A DNA stretch of 64,000 nt from an uncultured Candidatus Rokubacteria bacterium (GCA_963758635.1 CAVWWD010000003.1:736001-800000); one strand, 5' to 3'. Positions 1 through 14,737 are shown, counted from the stretch's first letter. Program-made: numbers and translations. Notes: generated by a model not told the origin, from the sequence alone.

Positions 1-9
1 CGCTCCGTC

Positions 10-663
10 TCAGCGCCAGGCCCAGACGGGTTGCTCGTAGTGGTCGACGCGCGTGGCGCGACCGTGGACCACGACCTCGCGCATCTGGTAGATCACCGCG
101 GCGGTCGGCGCGTGGATCAGCGTGGACATCAGCGGGAGCTGGATGACCGGCCGGTCGCTCTCCGGGATCGTGATCGTCCTCGGCACGTCGGGGTGGTCCA
201 GCTCCGTGAACGGCACGCGATAGACGTGGGCGACCTCCGTGGGGTTCGGCGTGAGCGTGCCGACCGCCATCACGCTCACGACCACGGGGGTGATGATGAA
301 TCCCGAGCGCGTGCCGTAGTCGTCGAGGCATCCGAGCACCGCGGAAGGATCCACGGTGAGCCCGACCTCCTCCTCGAGCTCGCGGAGGGCCGCCTGCACC
401 GCGGTCTCCGCGCCGTCGATCCGGCCCCCGGGCAGGGCCCACTGGCCCTTGTGGTCGCGCAGCGTGGCGGCGCGCCGGGTGAGGAGGAAGCACGCGTTGC
501 CGCGCTCGTCGGGCAGGAGCACGGCGGCGACGGCGGCGGGACGGCGTCCGTCGCGGTCGATGGCCCGCCGCGCGAAGCGCGCCACGTTGGCGCGCGCCCG
601 CGAGCGGAAGGCGTCGTCGAAGGCGTAGCCCGCGGGGATCTCCCGGGGCGCCACGGAGGTCAT
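10..663 (-). CDS. Nudix hydrolase, CoA pyrophosphatase-like
   Basis: Nudix box GGRIDGAETAVQAALRELEEEVGL, preceded by LLTRRA..LR.H.GQWALPGG as in CoA pyrophosphatases. Confidence 0.9.
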   Translation of the reverse strand: MTSVAPREIPAGYAFDDAFRSRARANVARFARRAIDRDGRRPAAVAAVLLPDERGNACFLLTRRAATLRDHKGQWALPGGRIDGAETAVQAALRELEEEVGLTVDPSAVLGCLDDYGTRSGFIITPVVVSVMAVGTLTPNPTEVAHVYRVPFTELDHPDVPRTITIPESDRPVIQLPLMSTLIHAPTAAVIYQMREVVVHGRATRVDHYEQPVWAWR

Positions 664-676
664 CGGCGGGCGCGTC

Positions 677-1468
677 TCAGTAGGCCGGGAGCTTGCCCGC
701 CTTGATCCCGGTCTTGCGCACCGCGGCCACTTCCTCGGCGGCCTTGGCCGCCATGTGGCGGCTGTCGCTGGCGAGCGTCACGAACTGGTAGCCGGCCTCG
801 ATCATCTTGAGCGCGTAGGCGGCGGTGGCGTTGTGGATGCCCGCGGCCACGCCATGGCGCTTGCAGGCGGCCACGATCTTGAGCTGCGCCTCCACCACCG
901 GCGGGTCGGTCTGGTCCAGGCGGGGCTTGCAGCCCATGGTGAGCGAGAGGTCGGAGGGGCCGACGTACACCGCGTCCACGCCGGGCACGCTCAGGATGTC
1001 GTCGATGTTGCCGACCGCCTGCGCCGTCTCGATCATCGGCATGACCACGATGTCCTCGTTGGCGTGGTCGCCGTAGTCCGCGCCCGCGTAGATCGACGCG
1101 CGCACCGGCCCCCAGCTCCGATAGCCCCGGGGCGCGTACTTGCAGGCCCGCACGAGCGCCTCGGCCTCCTCCCGCGTGTTGATCATGGGGCAGATCACGC
1201 CGTACACGCCGGCGTCGAGGATCTTCATGAGGCGCGCGGGGTCGTTCCAGGGGACGCGGGCGAGGGGAATCGCCTTCGTCGTGGAGATGGCCTGGAGCAT
1301 GGTCACCGCCACCTGGTAGTCCACCACGCCGTGCTGCATGTCGACGGTGAGCGAGTCGAAGCCCTGATGCGCCATCACCTCCGCGGAGAACGAGCTCGGG
1401 ATCGACAGCCACCCGTTCACCACCGCCTCGCCGCGCGCCCAGATCGTCTTCAGCGTGTTCTCTCTCAC
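677..1468 (-). CDS. HpcH/HpaI aldolase family protein
   Basis: Motifs VDMQHG, MIET, VYVGPSDLS; AAGGAG RBS upstream of the GTG start. Confidence 0.9.
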   Translation of the reverse strand: MRENTLKTIWARGEAVVNGWLSIPSSFSAEVMAHQGFDSLTVDMQHGVVDYQVAVTMLQAISTTKAIPLARVPWNDPARLMKILDAGVYGVICPMINTREEAEALVRACKYAPRGYRSWGPVRASIYAGADYGDHANEDIVVMPMIETAQAVGNIDDILSVPGVDAVYVGPSDLSLTMGCKPRLDQTDPPVVEAQLKIVAACKRHGVAAGIHNATAAYALKMIEAGYQFVTLASDSRHMAAKAAEEVAAVRKTGIKAGKLPAY

Positions 1469-1538
1469 GGAGGTCTCCTTTGGGTCGGCGCCGATGGGGG
1501 CGCCGCGGCGGCCATTATAGCCGGCCGGGGATCGTCGG

Positions 1539-2259
1539 TCAGCGGGCGCGCACGGCCTCGACGAATGCCGCGAACAGACGCCGCGCCGAGTCCTGGTGGC
1601 GTACGAGCTCCTCCGGATGCCACTGCACGCCGACGACGAACCGCGACGGATCCTCGAGCTCGACGGCCTCGACGATCTGGTCGGGCGCCCAGGCGACGGC
1701 GCGGAGGCCCCGGCCCAGCGCCTTCACCGCCTGGTGGTGCATGCTGTTCACGTCCGCGGCGTCCGTGCCCATCACCGACGCGAGCCGGCTGTCCGTGGCG
1801 ATCTTCACCGCGTGGGTGGGCTGGTCGCGCGGCTCCTTCTGGCCGTGGACGAGCGGGGTGCCCGGCTCGCTGACCAGGTCCTGGTGCAGGCTGCCGCCGA
1901 GCGCCACGTTCAGCACCTGGATGCCCCGGCAGACGGCGAGGATGGGCAGGTCGCGCTCGATCGCGATGCCGATGGCGCTGGTCTCGAGCGTGTCGCGGGC
2001 GGGGGCCACGTCGTAGAGCGTCGGGTGCGGCGCCTCGCCGAAGAGCGCGGGGTCCATGTCCCCGCCGCCCGTGAGCAGGAGCCCGTCCAGGCGCAGCGCG
2101 ATGGTGTCGAGCGCGCGGCGCGAGAGCTGGGGGGAGCGCCACCGGCACGCCGCCCGCCTGTTGCACGGCGTGAAGGTACGCCGAGTTGACGTATGCGCGC
2201 TCCGGATGGGTGCCGATGGTGATCGATGTGGTGACGCCGATCAGGGGTGCCGGAGTCAT
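1539..2259 (-). CDS. Gamma-glutamyl-gamma-aminobutyrate hydrolase family (peptidase C26, PuuD-like); frameshift at the G-run ~2129-2134
   Basis: N-terminus MTPAPLIGVTT...AGGVPVALPP is in one frame; LDGLLLTGGGD, AVCRGIQ, NSMHHQ and GVQWHPE are in the next. Confidence 0.85.
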
Positions 2260-2346
2260 GGCGTCGTATGCTAGCACGCCCGCCGGCGCCGCTGTCCGGC
2301 AAATGCCTGACAAGATTGACCCAGACGCCATGCTAGCATCCACGCC

Positions 2347-4117
2347 ATGACCATCGACTCCGTCTCGTCCCAGCAGGGGACGTCCGGCACGCCCGCCTCC
2401 CCCTCCATGGCGCAGGTGATGGGCAGCCGATGGATGGTCGCGGCCGGTCATCCGCTCGCCGCGCAGGCTGCGGCTCGGATCCTGTCCGAGGGCGGCAACG
2501 CCATCGACGCCGGAGTGGCCGCCGGGCTCACGCTGGGCGTCGTGCATCCGGACATGGTCAGCTTCGCCGGCGTCGCTCCGATCCTGGTGCACCAGGCGAG
2601 CTCCGGCGAGACCTTCGAGGTGTCCGGAGTCGGTCCGTACCCGCGTCGCGCCACCTCCGAGTTCTTCCGCACGAAGTGCGACGGCGAGATCCCGGTCGGA
2701 CTCCTCCGCACCGTGGTGCCGGCCTCGCCGGACGCCTGGTGCACGGCCCTCGCCCGCGCCGGCACGATGACCTTCGCGCAGGTGGTGGCGCCCGCCCTCG
2801 AGTGCGCCGAGCGCGGCTTCCCGCTCTCGACGTTCTCGGCGTACGTCACCGGGAAGAGCGCGGACAAGCTCGCGGGCTGGCCGACCTCGGCGGCCGTGCA
2901 TCTGCCCGGCGGCGCGGCGCCTGCGCCGGGGCGCCGGCTGGTCCAGGCCGAGCTCGCGGAGACGATCAGGCTGATGGTGGCGGGCGAGGCCAAGGCGCGG
3001 GCCCGCGGCCGGGCCGGCGCGATCCGCGCCGCGCGCGACGTGTTCTACCGCGGCGAGATCGCGCGCCGCATCGCCGACTACCACGCCCGCGAGGGCGGGC
3101 TGATGGCGTACGACGACCTGGCGGAGTTCGAGGTCGAGGTGGCCCCCGCGCTTCGCACGTCGTTCCGCGACCTCGAGGTCGCGTCCTGCGGGTTCTGGTG
3201 CCAGGGGCCGGTGCTGCTGCAGATGCTGAACCTCCTCGAGCCGTGGGACTTCCACGCGCTCGGCCACAACTCGCCCCGGGCCCTCCACGTCCTGGTCGAA
3301 GCGGTCAAGCTCGCGTTCGCCGATCGCGAGGGCTACTACGGGGACCCGCGGCACGTGAAGGTGCCGGCGGACGGGCTCCTGTCCAAGGTCTACGCGGACG
3401 CGCGCCGAAAGCTCCTCGCGGAAGACCGCGCGTGGCCCGAGATGCCGCCGCCCGGCGATCCCGTCGGGCTCGCCGCGGTGCGAAACGGCGCCGCCACGAG
3501 CCCGGCGCGCGCGCGTGGGGACGCCGTCGACCGACCTCGGCACCTCGTACGTCTGCGTGGTCGACGCCGAGGGCAACGGGTTCTCCGCGACCCCGAGCGA
3601 TCCCTTCGCGGACTCGCCAGTGGTCCCCGGCGTGGGCTGCGTGGTGTCGCCGCGCGGCTCCCAGGGCTGGCTCACGCCGGGGCATCCGAGCGAGGTCGCG
3701 CCGGGCAAGCGCCCGCGCCTCACGCCGGCGCCCGCCATGGCGTTCCGCGACGGTCGCCTCTACATGCCGTTCGGCACGCCCGGGGGCGACGTGCAGCAGC
3801 AGGCCATGCTCCAGGTGCTGATCAACGTCACGCAACACGGCATGCCGCCCCAGCAGGCCGTGGAGGCGCCGCGCGTGGCCTCGCGCAGCTTCCCCGACTC
3901 CTTCTGGCCCCACACGTACTCGCCGGGCGTCCTCGACGTCGAGGGACGCATCCCGCAGGAGACGCGGGCCGCCCTCGGCGACCTGGGCCACACGGTGCGG
4001 GAGTGGCCGGAGTGGGACTGGCGGGCCGGCGCCGTCTGCGCGATCGTCGTCGGGCCGGACGGCACCCTCATGGGCGGGGCCGATCCGCGGCGCGGCGCGC
4101 ACGCCATCGGCTGGTAG
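2347..4117 (+). CDS. ggt: Gamma-glutamyltransferase family protein; frameshift ~3505-3520
   Basis: GGNAIDA and KLAFADRE in ORF 2347; nucleophile segment GTSYVCVVDAEGN, PGKRP, GTPGGD and GADPRR in ORF 3515-4117. Confidence 0.9.
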
Positions 4118-4121
4118 CCGC

Positions 4122-4631
4122 CTGACCCGTACCGCCGCCGACTGGATCCGCCGGCTCGGTCTCTCCCCGCATCCCGAAGGTGGGCACTACCGCGAGACCT
4201 ACCGGTCGGCCGAGCATCTCGCCGCGCATCACCTGCCGGCGCGCTTCGGCGGCGCCCGCTGCCTGTCCACCGCGATCTACTTCCTGCTCGAGGGCGCCGC
4301 GTGCTCGCGCCTGCACCGCATCAAGTCGGACGAGGTCTGGCACTTCTACGACGGCGCTCCGCTCACGCTCCACGTGATCACGCCCGCCGGGACGCTCGAC
4401 GAGGTGGTCATGGGGCGCGACCCCGGGCGGGGTGAGGTGTTCCAGGCCGTGGTCCCGGCCGGCTCCTGGTACGGCGCCGCCCTGGCCGAGTCCGCGTCCT
4501 ACGCGCTGGTGGGCGGCACGGTGGCGCCGGGCTTCGACTTCGCCGATTTCGAGCTCGGTGAGCGCGGGCGGCTCCTCGCCCAGTTCCCCCGGCACCGCGC
4601 CGTCATCGAGCGGCTGACGCCGCCGGACTGA
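4122..4631 (+). CDS. Cupin_5 (DUF985) family protein; start uncertain, possibly CTG
   Basis: My translation of the frame upstream of ORF 4374 gives LGLSPHPEGGHYRETY...STAIYFLL...HRIKSDEVWHFY; the C-terminus has VAPGFDFADF. Confidence 0.85.
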   Translation: MTRTAADWIRRLGLSPHPEGGHYRETYRSAEHLAAHHLPARFGGARCLSTAIYFLLEGAACSRLHRIKSDEVWHFYDGAPLTLHVITPAGTLDEVVMGRDPGRGEVFQAVVPAGSWYGAALAESASYALVGGTVAPGFDFADFELGERGRLLAQFPRHRAVIERLTPPD

Positions 4632-4670
4632 TGCGGTCGTCCGGATGCCGGGCACGGCGGACGCGAGCCC

Positions 4671-5951
4671 TCAGCCTGCGGGCGCGACCAGGCCCGGCGC
4701 GGCGGGCGCGGCCGTGGGCTTGCGGCTCACCGGCCGCTCGTCGATGGCGAGGGACATCGCGGCGGCCAGCGTGGCCAGCGCCGCGCCCGAGATGAAGGCC
4801 CAGGTGTACGAGTGAGTGGCGTCGAAGAGCCATCCCGCCAGCGCCGCCCCCATCGCCGCGCCCACCTGGTGGGCGAAGAGGATCCAGCCGGAGAGCGCCC
4901 CCACCGACAGCCGCCCGAAGATCCTCGCGGTCAGCGCGGTCGTCGCCGGCACGGTGGAGATGAAGTTGAGCCCGAAGACGGCGGCGAAGAGATACAGCCC
5001 GGGCATGTTCGACACGTAGGGCAGGAACAGCAGCGAGACCCCGCGCACGAAGTAGTACACGGCGAGCGGCCGCTTGGGGCCGAAACGGTCGCAGAGCCAG
5101 CCCGACGAGATCGTGCCGACGATGTTCATCGCTCCCATGACGCCGAGCGCCCGCGCCGCGTCCATCTCGGAGAAGCCGTGCTCGGAGGTGTGCGGCACCA
5201 GGTGCGTGATGACGAGCCCGCCCGTGGTGTAGCCGCACACGAAGAACGTGCTCATGAGCAGCCAGAACGCGGGCACGCGGAGCGCCTCGTCGACGCCGAC
5301 GCGGCGCTCGGCCGGCGCCGCGCCGGCGAGCCGCGGCCCGCCGCCCGCGCCGTACGGCGTGGCGCCGCGCTCGGCGGGATCGTCGCGGACGAAGGCCAGG
5401 CCCGCAGGAATCGTGATCGCGAGCATGATCAGCCCCATGGCCAGGAACGACCAGCGCCAGCCGTGGTTGAGCATGAGCCAGACGGCGAGCGGGAACAGGA
5501 TGAGCTGGCCGGCGGAGGATCCGGCGCCCAGGAGGCCGAGGACCAGTCCGCGCCGCGCCTCGAACCAGCGGGCGGCGATCACCGCGGCCGCGGGCATGCT
5601 CGCGCCTCCTCCGCCCGCGGCCATCAGGATCCCCGCCGTGACGTACAGGTGCCAGAGGGATCCGACCCAGGACGAGAGGACGGCGCCGACGCCGAGCACG
5701 GCACAGGAGAGGACGAGCACCCAGCGGGCGCTCCAGCGGTCGGCGAGCGTTCCGGCGATGGGACTGACCGCGCCGAGCAGCAGCCACGACACCGCGGCCA
5801 CTCCGGACACGGTGGCGCGATCCCAGTGGAACTCCGCCTCCATGGGGCGGATGAACACGCCGAAGACCTGGCGCAACCCAGAGGTGGCGACCATGATGGC
5901 GACGACCGCCCCGAGGACGATCCAGGCCTGATGCGGCTTCGCGTGAGGCAT
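4671..5951 (-). CDS. MFS transporter
   Basis: About 12 hydrophobic segments; motif-A-like GTLADRWSAR and GWLCDRFGPKR; GGAGG RBS. Confidence 0.9.
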   Translation of the reverse strand: MPHAKPHQAWIVLGAVVAIMVATSGLRQVFGVFIRPMEAEFHWDRATVSGVAAVSWLLLGAVSPIAGTLADRWSARWVLVLSCAVLGVGAVLSSWVGSLWHLYVTAGILMAAGGGGASMPAAAVIAARWFEARRGLVLGLLGAGSSAGQLILFPLAVWLMLNHGWRWSFLAMGLIMLAITIPAGLAFVRDDPAERGATPYGAGGGPRLAGAAPAERRVGVDEALRVPAFWLLMSTFFVCGYTTGGLVITHLVPHTSEHGFSEMDAARALGVMGAMNIVGTISSGWLCDRFGPKRPLAVYYFVRGVSLLFLPYVSNMPGLYLFAAVFGLNFISTVPATTALTARIFGRLSVGALSGWILFAHQVGAAMGAALAGWLFDATHSYTWAFISGAALATLAAAMSLAIDERPVSRKPTAAPAAPGLVAPAG

Positions 5952-6091
5952 CCCGCCTCCAGTTCGGATCTGAGGGTGCGCTGCGGCGACGAGAGAACTG
6001 GCGTTGAGACGCCCGCGGCGGCGCGGGCGATTCCGGCGGGGGCCGCCGTCGCTGCTCCGCGGCGGCCCCGTTGTCGAGAGGAGCGTCTAGC

Positions 6092-8682
<2,591 letters not shown>

Positions 8683-8686
<4 letters not shown>

Positions 8687-9714
8687 CCGCTCTTCTCCGA
8701 TCGGAGCCGCGCGAGCTCCCTGAACAGTTCCTTCTCCCGCTCGGTCAGACCCGTGGGCACGACGACCTGGACGCGCACGTACTGGTCGCCCGCGCCGCTG
8801 CCCTTGAGCCGCGGCATGCCGTAGCCCGGGAGCCTGAACATCTTCCCCGTCGACGTCTCCGGCGGGATCTTCATGCTGACCGGCCCCTTGAGGGCCGGCA
8901 CCTGCACCTCCCCGCCCAGCGCGGCGTCGGCCACGGGCACGGGCAGGTCGAGGTACACGTCGTCGCCCTTCCGCTCGAAGCGCGGATCGGGCCTCACGGC
9001 CACGCGCAGGTAGAGGTCGCCGCGCGCGCCCTTGCCGATGCCGGCCGGCCCTTCCCCCGCCACGCGCACCCGCGAGCCGGTGTCCACGCCGGCGGGAATC
9101 TTCACGTCGAGGCGACGGCGTCCGGTGCCCCAGCCCGTCCCCCGGCACTGCGTGCACGGCGTCCGCCCCACGTTCCCGGAGCCGCCGCAGGTCTGGCACG
9201 GCTCCGGCAAGTCGAGCGAGATCGTCTTGCGAACGCCCTGGAATGCTTCCTCGAGCGTGACCTCGATCTCCGACTCGACGTCCTCGCCCTTCTCTGGCGC
9301 CACCGGCGCGCCGCCGACCCACTCGCTGCCGAAGACGTCGCCGCGCCCGCCCCGGCGCACGTCCCGAACGCGGCCGGACCCGCCGACGAGGTCGCCGAAG
9401 ATCGTGCGGAAGAACTCCGAGAAGTCGCCCGAGCCGCCGAACCTGACCTCGGCGCCCTCGAACGGCGCGCCCGCCGCACCCGCGCCCGTCCGCGCGTAGC
9501 GCTCCCAGTCGGGACCGAGCGTGTCGTAGCGCTTGCGCTTGTCGGGGTCCGAGAGGACCTCGTAGGCCTCGCTGATCTCCTTGAAGCGATCGGCCTGCCC
9601 CTTGTTCACGTCGGGGTGGTGCTTGCGGGCCAGCCGGCGATAGGCGGTCTTGATCGCCTTCTCGTCGGCGGTGCGCCCGACCCCCAGGGTCTTGTAGTAG
9701 TCCTTGTATTCCAT
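8683..9714 (-). CDS. DnaJ/CbpA-type J-domain co-chaperone with a half zinc finger
   Basis: J domain with HPD; G/F-rich linker; two CxxCxGxG repeats; DnaJ C-terminal domain. Confidence 0.92.
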
Positions 9715-9776
9715 GGGCTTAAACGACGAGACGGCGCCCGCGGGGCCTGTCGCCCTGAGAGCGCCGCCTCGAAGTC

Positions 9777-9785
9777 ATTCTAGCA
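9777..9785 (-). promoter_or_regulatory. Putative extended -10 element (TGcTAGAAT) for dnaJ-clpB
   Basis: Minus strand reads tgctagaat about 60 nt upstream of the dnaJ ATG. Confidence 0.45.
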
Positions 9786-9874
9786 GGCGTTCGTCGCCCT
9801 CGCAGGGCGGAGGAACGAAAATTGCGGAGGGACGCGTCCAGGATTGCGAGCGGACGAGGGATGGGCAGGGAAGC

Positions 9875-9911
9875 GCGGGCCACCCGCGCGCTCGAGCGGG
9901 CCACCCGCGCG
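9875..9911. repeat. Direct repeat gcgggccacccgcgcg x2; each unit is a small hairpin just downstream of degP
   Basis: Identical 16-mers at 9875-9890 and 9896-9911. Confidence 0.6.
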
Positions 9912-9915
9912 ACGC

Positions 9916-11386
9916 CTAGCCGCGGGCGACCGTGAAGGCGACGTAGAGGGCTTGAGGCCCCCGCTGGAGGAGCACCGTGACCCGCTCGCCTTCCTTGAGA
10001 TCGCGCGTGACGCGGTCGAACTCCTGGATGGTCCGGATGCGCTGGCGGTTGACCTCCCGGATGACGTCGCCGCGCTGGAGCCCGGCCTCGGCGGCCGAGC
10101 TCTCCTCGTCCACCCGGAACACCACGACGCCCTCCCGTTCCGGAGGTTGAGCTGGCGGGCCAGCTCCGGCGTCACCGGACGCACCTCGAGCCCGAGCGAG
10201 CTCCGGCCGGGGCGGGCGCCGGGCTTGAGCGCCACGTTGTCCTCCGGCGTCTCGCCGAGCCGGATCTCCATGGTCCTGGCGCCCTTGTCGCGCCATACCG
10301 CGATGGGCACGGCCTTGCCGGGTCCGGTGGCGGCGACGACCTTCTGGAGCTCCTGCGGCGAGTCCACCTTCTTGCCCCCGAACTCCGTGATGATGTCGCC
10401 GGCGGCGAGGCCCGCCTTCTCGGCCGGGCTGTCCTGCACCACGTCGGCGATGAGGACGCCCTTCGGCTCCTTCAGGCCGAAGCTCTTGGCCAGCTCCGGC
10501 GTCAGCGGCTGGATCGACACGCCGAGCCACCCGCGCGTCACCTTGCCCTTGGCCACCAGCTCGGTGTAGATGCGCTTGGCCATGTTGACGGGGATCGAGA
10601 AGCCGATGCCGACGTTGCCGCCCGAGCGGGAGAGGATGGCGCTGTTGATGCCGACGACCTCGCCTCCCATGTTGACCAGGGGGCCACCCGAGTTGCCGGG
10701 ATTGATGGCGGCGTCGGTCTGCAGGAAGTCGTCGAACGCGTTGCCGGTCAGCGAGCGGCTCTTGGCGCTGATGATGCCCGCGGTCACCGTCTGCTGCAGG
10801 CCGAACGGCGAGCCGATCGCGAGCACCCAGTCTCCGACCTTGACGCGGTCCGAGTCACCGAGCGGCGCGGCCGGGAACGGCCCGCCGCCGGTCAGGCGGA
10901 GCACGGCGAGGTCGGTCCGCCGGTCGGACCCCATGACCTTGGCCTTGTGCTTCTTCCCGTCCGCCGTCACGACCTCGATGTCCGTCGCGCGCTCCACCAC
11001 GTGGGCGTTCGTGAGGGCGATGCCCGTGGGGTCGACGATCACGCCCGAGCCCAGGCTCCGCTGCTGCTGCTCGCGCTCCGGGGCATCGCCGAAGAACCGC
11101 CGCAGGAACTCGTCGCCGAAGAACTCCTCGATGGGGGTGCGGCCGCCGCTGACGCGGGTCACCGCGGTGATGTTGATCACGGCGGGGGCCACGGTCTCCG
11201 CCACGTGCGAGAAGCTGCCCGACGGCACGGGAAGCGCGGTGGGGATGATCGGGGCGGAGACGCCGGTGCGTATGCGCGGCGTCGGCCGGCTGGAGTCCAC
11301 CGCGCTGGCGCTCCAGCTTCCGAGCCCGACCCCGAAGGCGGCCGACAGCAGGACGAGAAAGACCACGGTGGTGCGTCGCATCGAGA

Positions 11387-11390
<4 letters not shown>
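9916..11390 (-). CDS. DegP/HtrA (Do family) serine protease with two PDZ domains; frameshift ~10140
   Basis: Signal/anchor MISMRRTTVVFLVLL; LGSGVIV, TNAHVV, DLAVL and QTDAAINPGNSGGPL; the second PDZ ends in ORF 9916-10530. Confidence 0.92.
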
Positions 11391-13288
<1,898 letters not shown>

Positions 13289-13306
13289 TTTTGCCGCTAC
13301 CAGCCC

Positions 13307-13335
13307 ATGCTAGTCAATGGCCCAGGGGGTGTCAA
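13307..13335 (-). promoter_or_regulatory. Sigma70-type promoter TTGACA-N17-TAGCAT for ftsH-degP
   Basis: Minus strand reads ttgaca ccccctgggccattgac tagcat, 18 nt before the ATG. Confidence 0.7.
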
Positions 13336-13463
13336 ATGTGCGCGATCCTTCGACGCGCGGCGGGCCGGAGGTATTCCTGGCACGGCGTGGGTGTGCCTGC
13401 CGGCTGACCTGGCGCCTGGGCGTCGCGGCGGCGCTAACCGGCGCGAGGCGGGGGCGGCCGGCG

Positions 13464-14159
13464 TCAGCAGGTCTTGTTCTTCGGGGGCTGGTAATCCTTC
13501 AGCTTGAACGTGCGGAGGAAGCCGTCTTCCCAGATCTCGAGGGGGAGCCGGCCGAGCTCGGTCTGACCGTCGAAGACGGAGAACCTGGTGCGGTCGACGA
13601 AGTCGGGCGCCGGGAGCTTCCGGGCGAGGAAGTCGAGCGTGTCCTGGCGCGGCGAGAAGAGCGCCAGGGTCTCGTTGATGAGCGGGGCGCCGAGCCGTCC
13701 GCTGCCCGGCTTGATCCAGCTCAGGATGACCGAGAAGCCGTCGACGTTGCTGTCACGGGCGACGGTGCCCATTGCGGTCATGCGCCGGAGCAGCTCGACC
13801 CCGTAGCGGGACAGCATCGCGGAGGCGCGGCGCTCCACCGGCAAGGTGGAAAACTGGCCGTCGTCGGCCTGGTCGATCCAGATCCACACCGACAGGTACC
13901 GGGCGTCGTCCGACGCCCACCGCGGCGTCCGGAACCCGATGCCGTTCTTCTGCAGGTCGACCCAGGGGATGCAGTAGTAGATGTGGTCGTAGAACTGGAC
14001 GAGCTGCGGGCGGTACGTCGTCGCCAGGGTCTTGGCCTTGGCGGTGTTGTACCGCTCCATGGGCATCAGGACCTCCTCCAGAGGCGCGCCGAAGCTCGGC
14101 GCGACGGTGGTCCCGGCCAGGATGGCGGCGAGGAGGAAGGCTCGGGTCGACCGCGACAT
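13464..14159 (-). CDS. Hypothetical exported protein
   Basis: 231-aa ORF with a signal peptide and high-GC3 coding bias; no motif recognised. Confidence 0.75.
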   Translation of the reverse strand: MSRSTRAFLLAAILAGTTVAPSFGAPLEEVLMPMERYNTAKAKTLATTYRPQLVQFYDHIYYCIPWVDLQKNGIGFRTPRWASDDARYLSVWIWIDQADDGQFSTLPVERRASAMLSRYGVELLRRMTAMGTVARDSNVDGFSVILSWIKPGSGRLGAPLINETLALFSPRQDTLDFLARKLPAPDFVDRTRFSVFDGQTELGRLPLEIWEDGFLRTFKLKDYQPPKNKTC

Positions 14160-14182
14160 GCTGCCCGGCGAACCCTACCGGG

Positions 14183-14446
14183 CTAGTCCTTGAAGATCTG
14201 GTCGGGGTTGACGGTCACCGCCTTGCCCCACCAGTTCTCCGCGCGCGACGCCTCGACGTCGGAGCGCCGCACGTTGGGCGCCGACGTGTCGGTCGGGTTG
14301 CGGAACGTCGAGAACGAGAGGTGCTGGCCAGATGCGAAGTGGCTCGAATGGGCCTTCCACTCCGCCCACTCCTGGGACGATGCGCAGCCGCCGATCCCGA
14401 GCAGCACGCCGACCATCAGGGCTGCCCTCGAAACGCGTCCAGACAT
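14183..14446 (-). CDS. Small hypothetical lipoprotein
   Basis: MSGRVSRAALMVGVLLGIGGC lipobox-like N-terminus; AGGAGG RBS upstream. Confidence 0.7.
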   Translation of the reverse strand: MSGRVSRAALMVGVLLGIGGCASSQEWAEWKAHSSHFASGQHLSFSTFRNPTDTSAPNVRRSDVEASRAENWWGKAVTVNPDQIFKD

Positions 14447-14515
14447 GACGTGTGGCCTCCTCAAGGGGTGCGCTGCCATGTGAGCCGTTGACCGGGCGCC
14501 ATGATACCGGGCGGT

Positions 14516-14690
14516 TCGGAGCGGGGTCAACCGGATTCGGGGGCGCCGCCGTCGCCCGCGACGATGGCGACGCGTCACGTTTTGCGCTTGCGGCACGTCG
14601 GACGCTGAGGCATCCTCGAAAACAGGTCGCCGTCTCGATGCCGATAGCCCTGCCAGGTTTGCCCCAGGTCGCCGGGTCCGGACGCTCCGA
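14516..14690 (+). ncRNA. Structured ~175-nt RNA, 6S RNA-like
   Basis: Nested end-to-end pairing: tcggagcg/cgctccga, ccggattcgg/ccgggtccgg, gatggcgac/gtcgccgtc; G-U wobbles favour the + strand; CATGAT -10-like element upstream. Confidence 0.5.
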
Positions 14691-14737
14691 GAGAGGAGAA
14701 CGCGTGGCGGATCCTCTCTCCGGCAGGAGGACAACGC

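Noticed and set aside
14523..14545. tmRNA-like 5' end (ggggtcaaccggattcg)
   Set aside because: There is no tRNA-like 3' end with T-loop and CCA, and the space is too short for tmRNA
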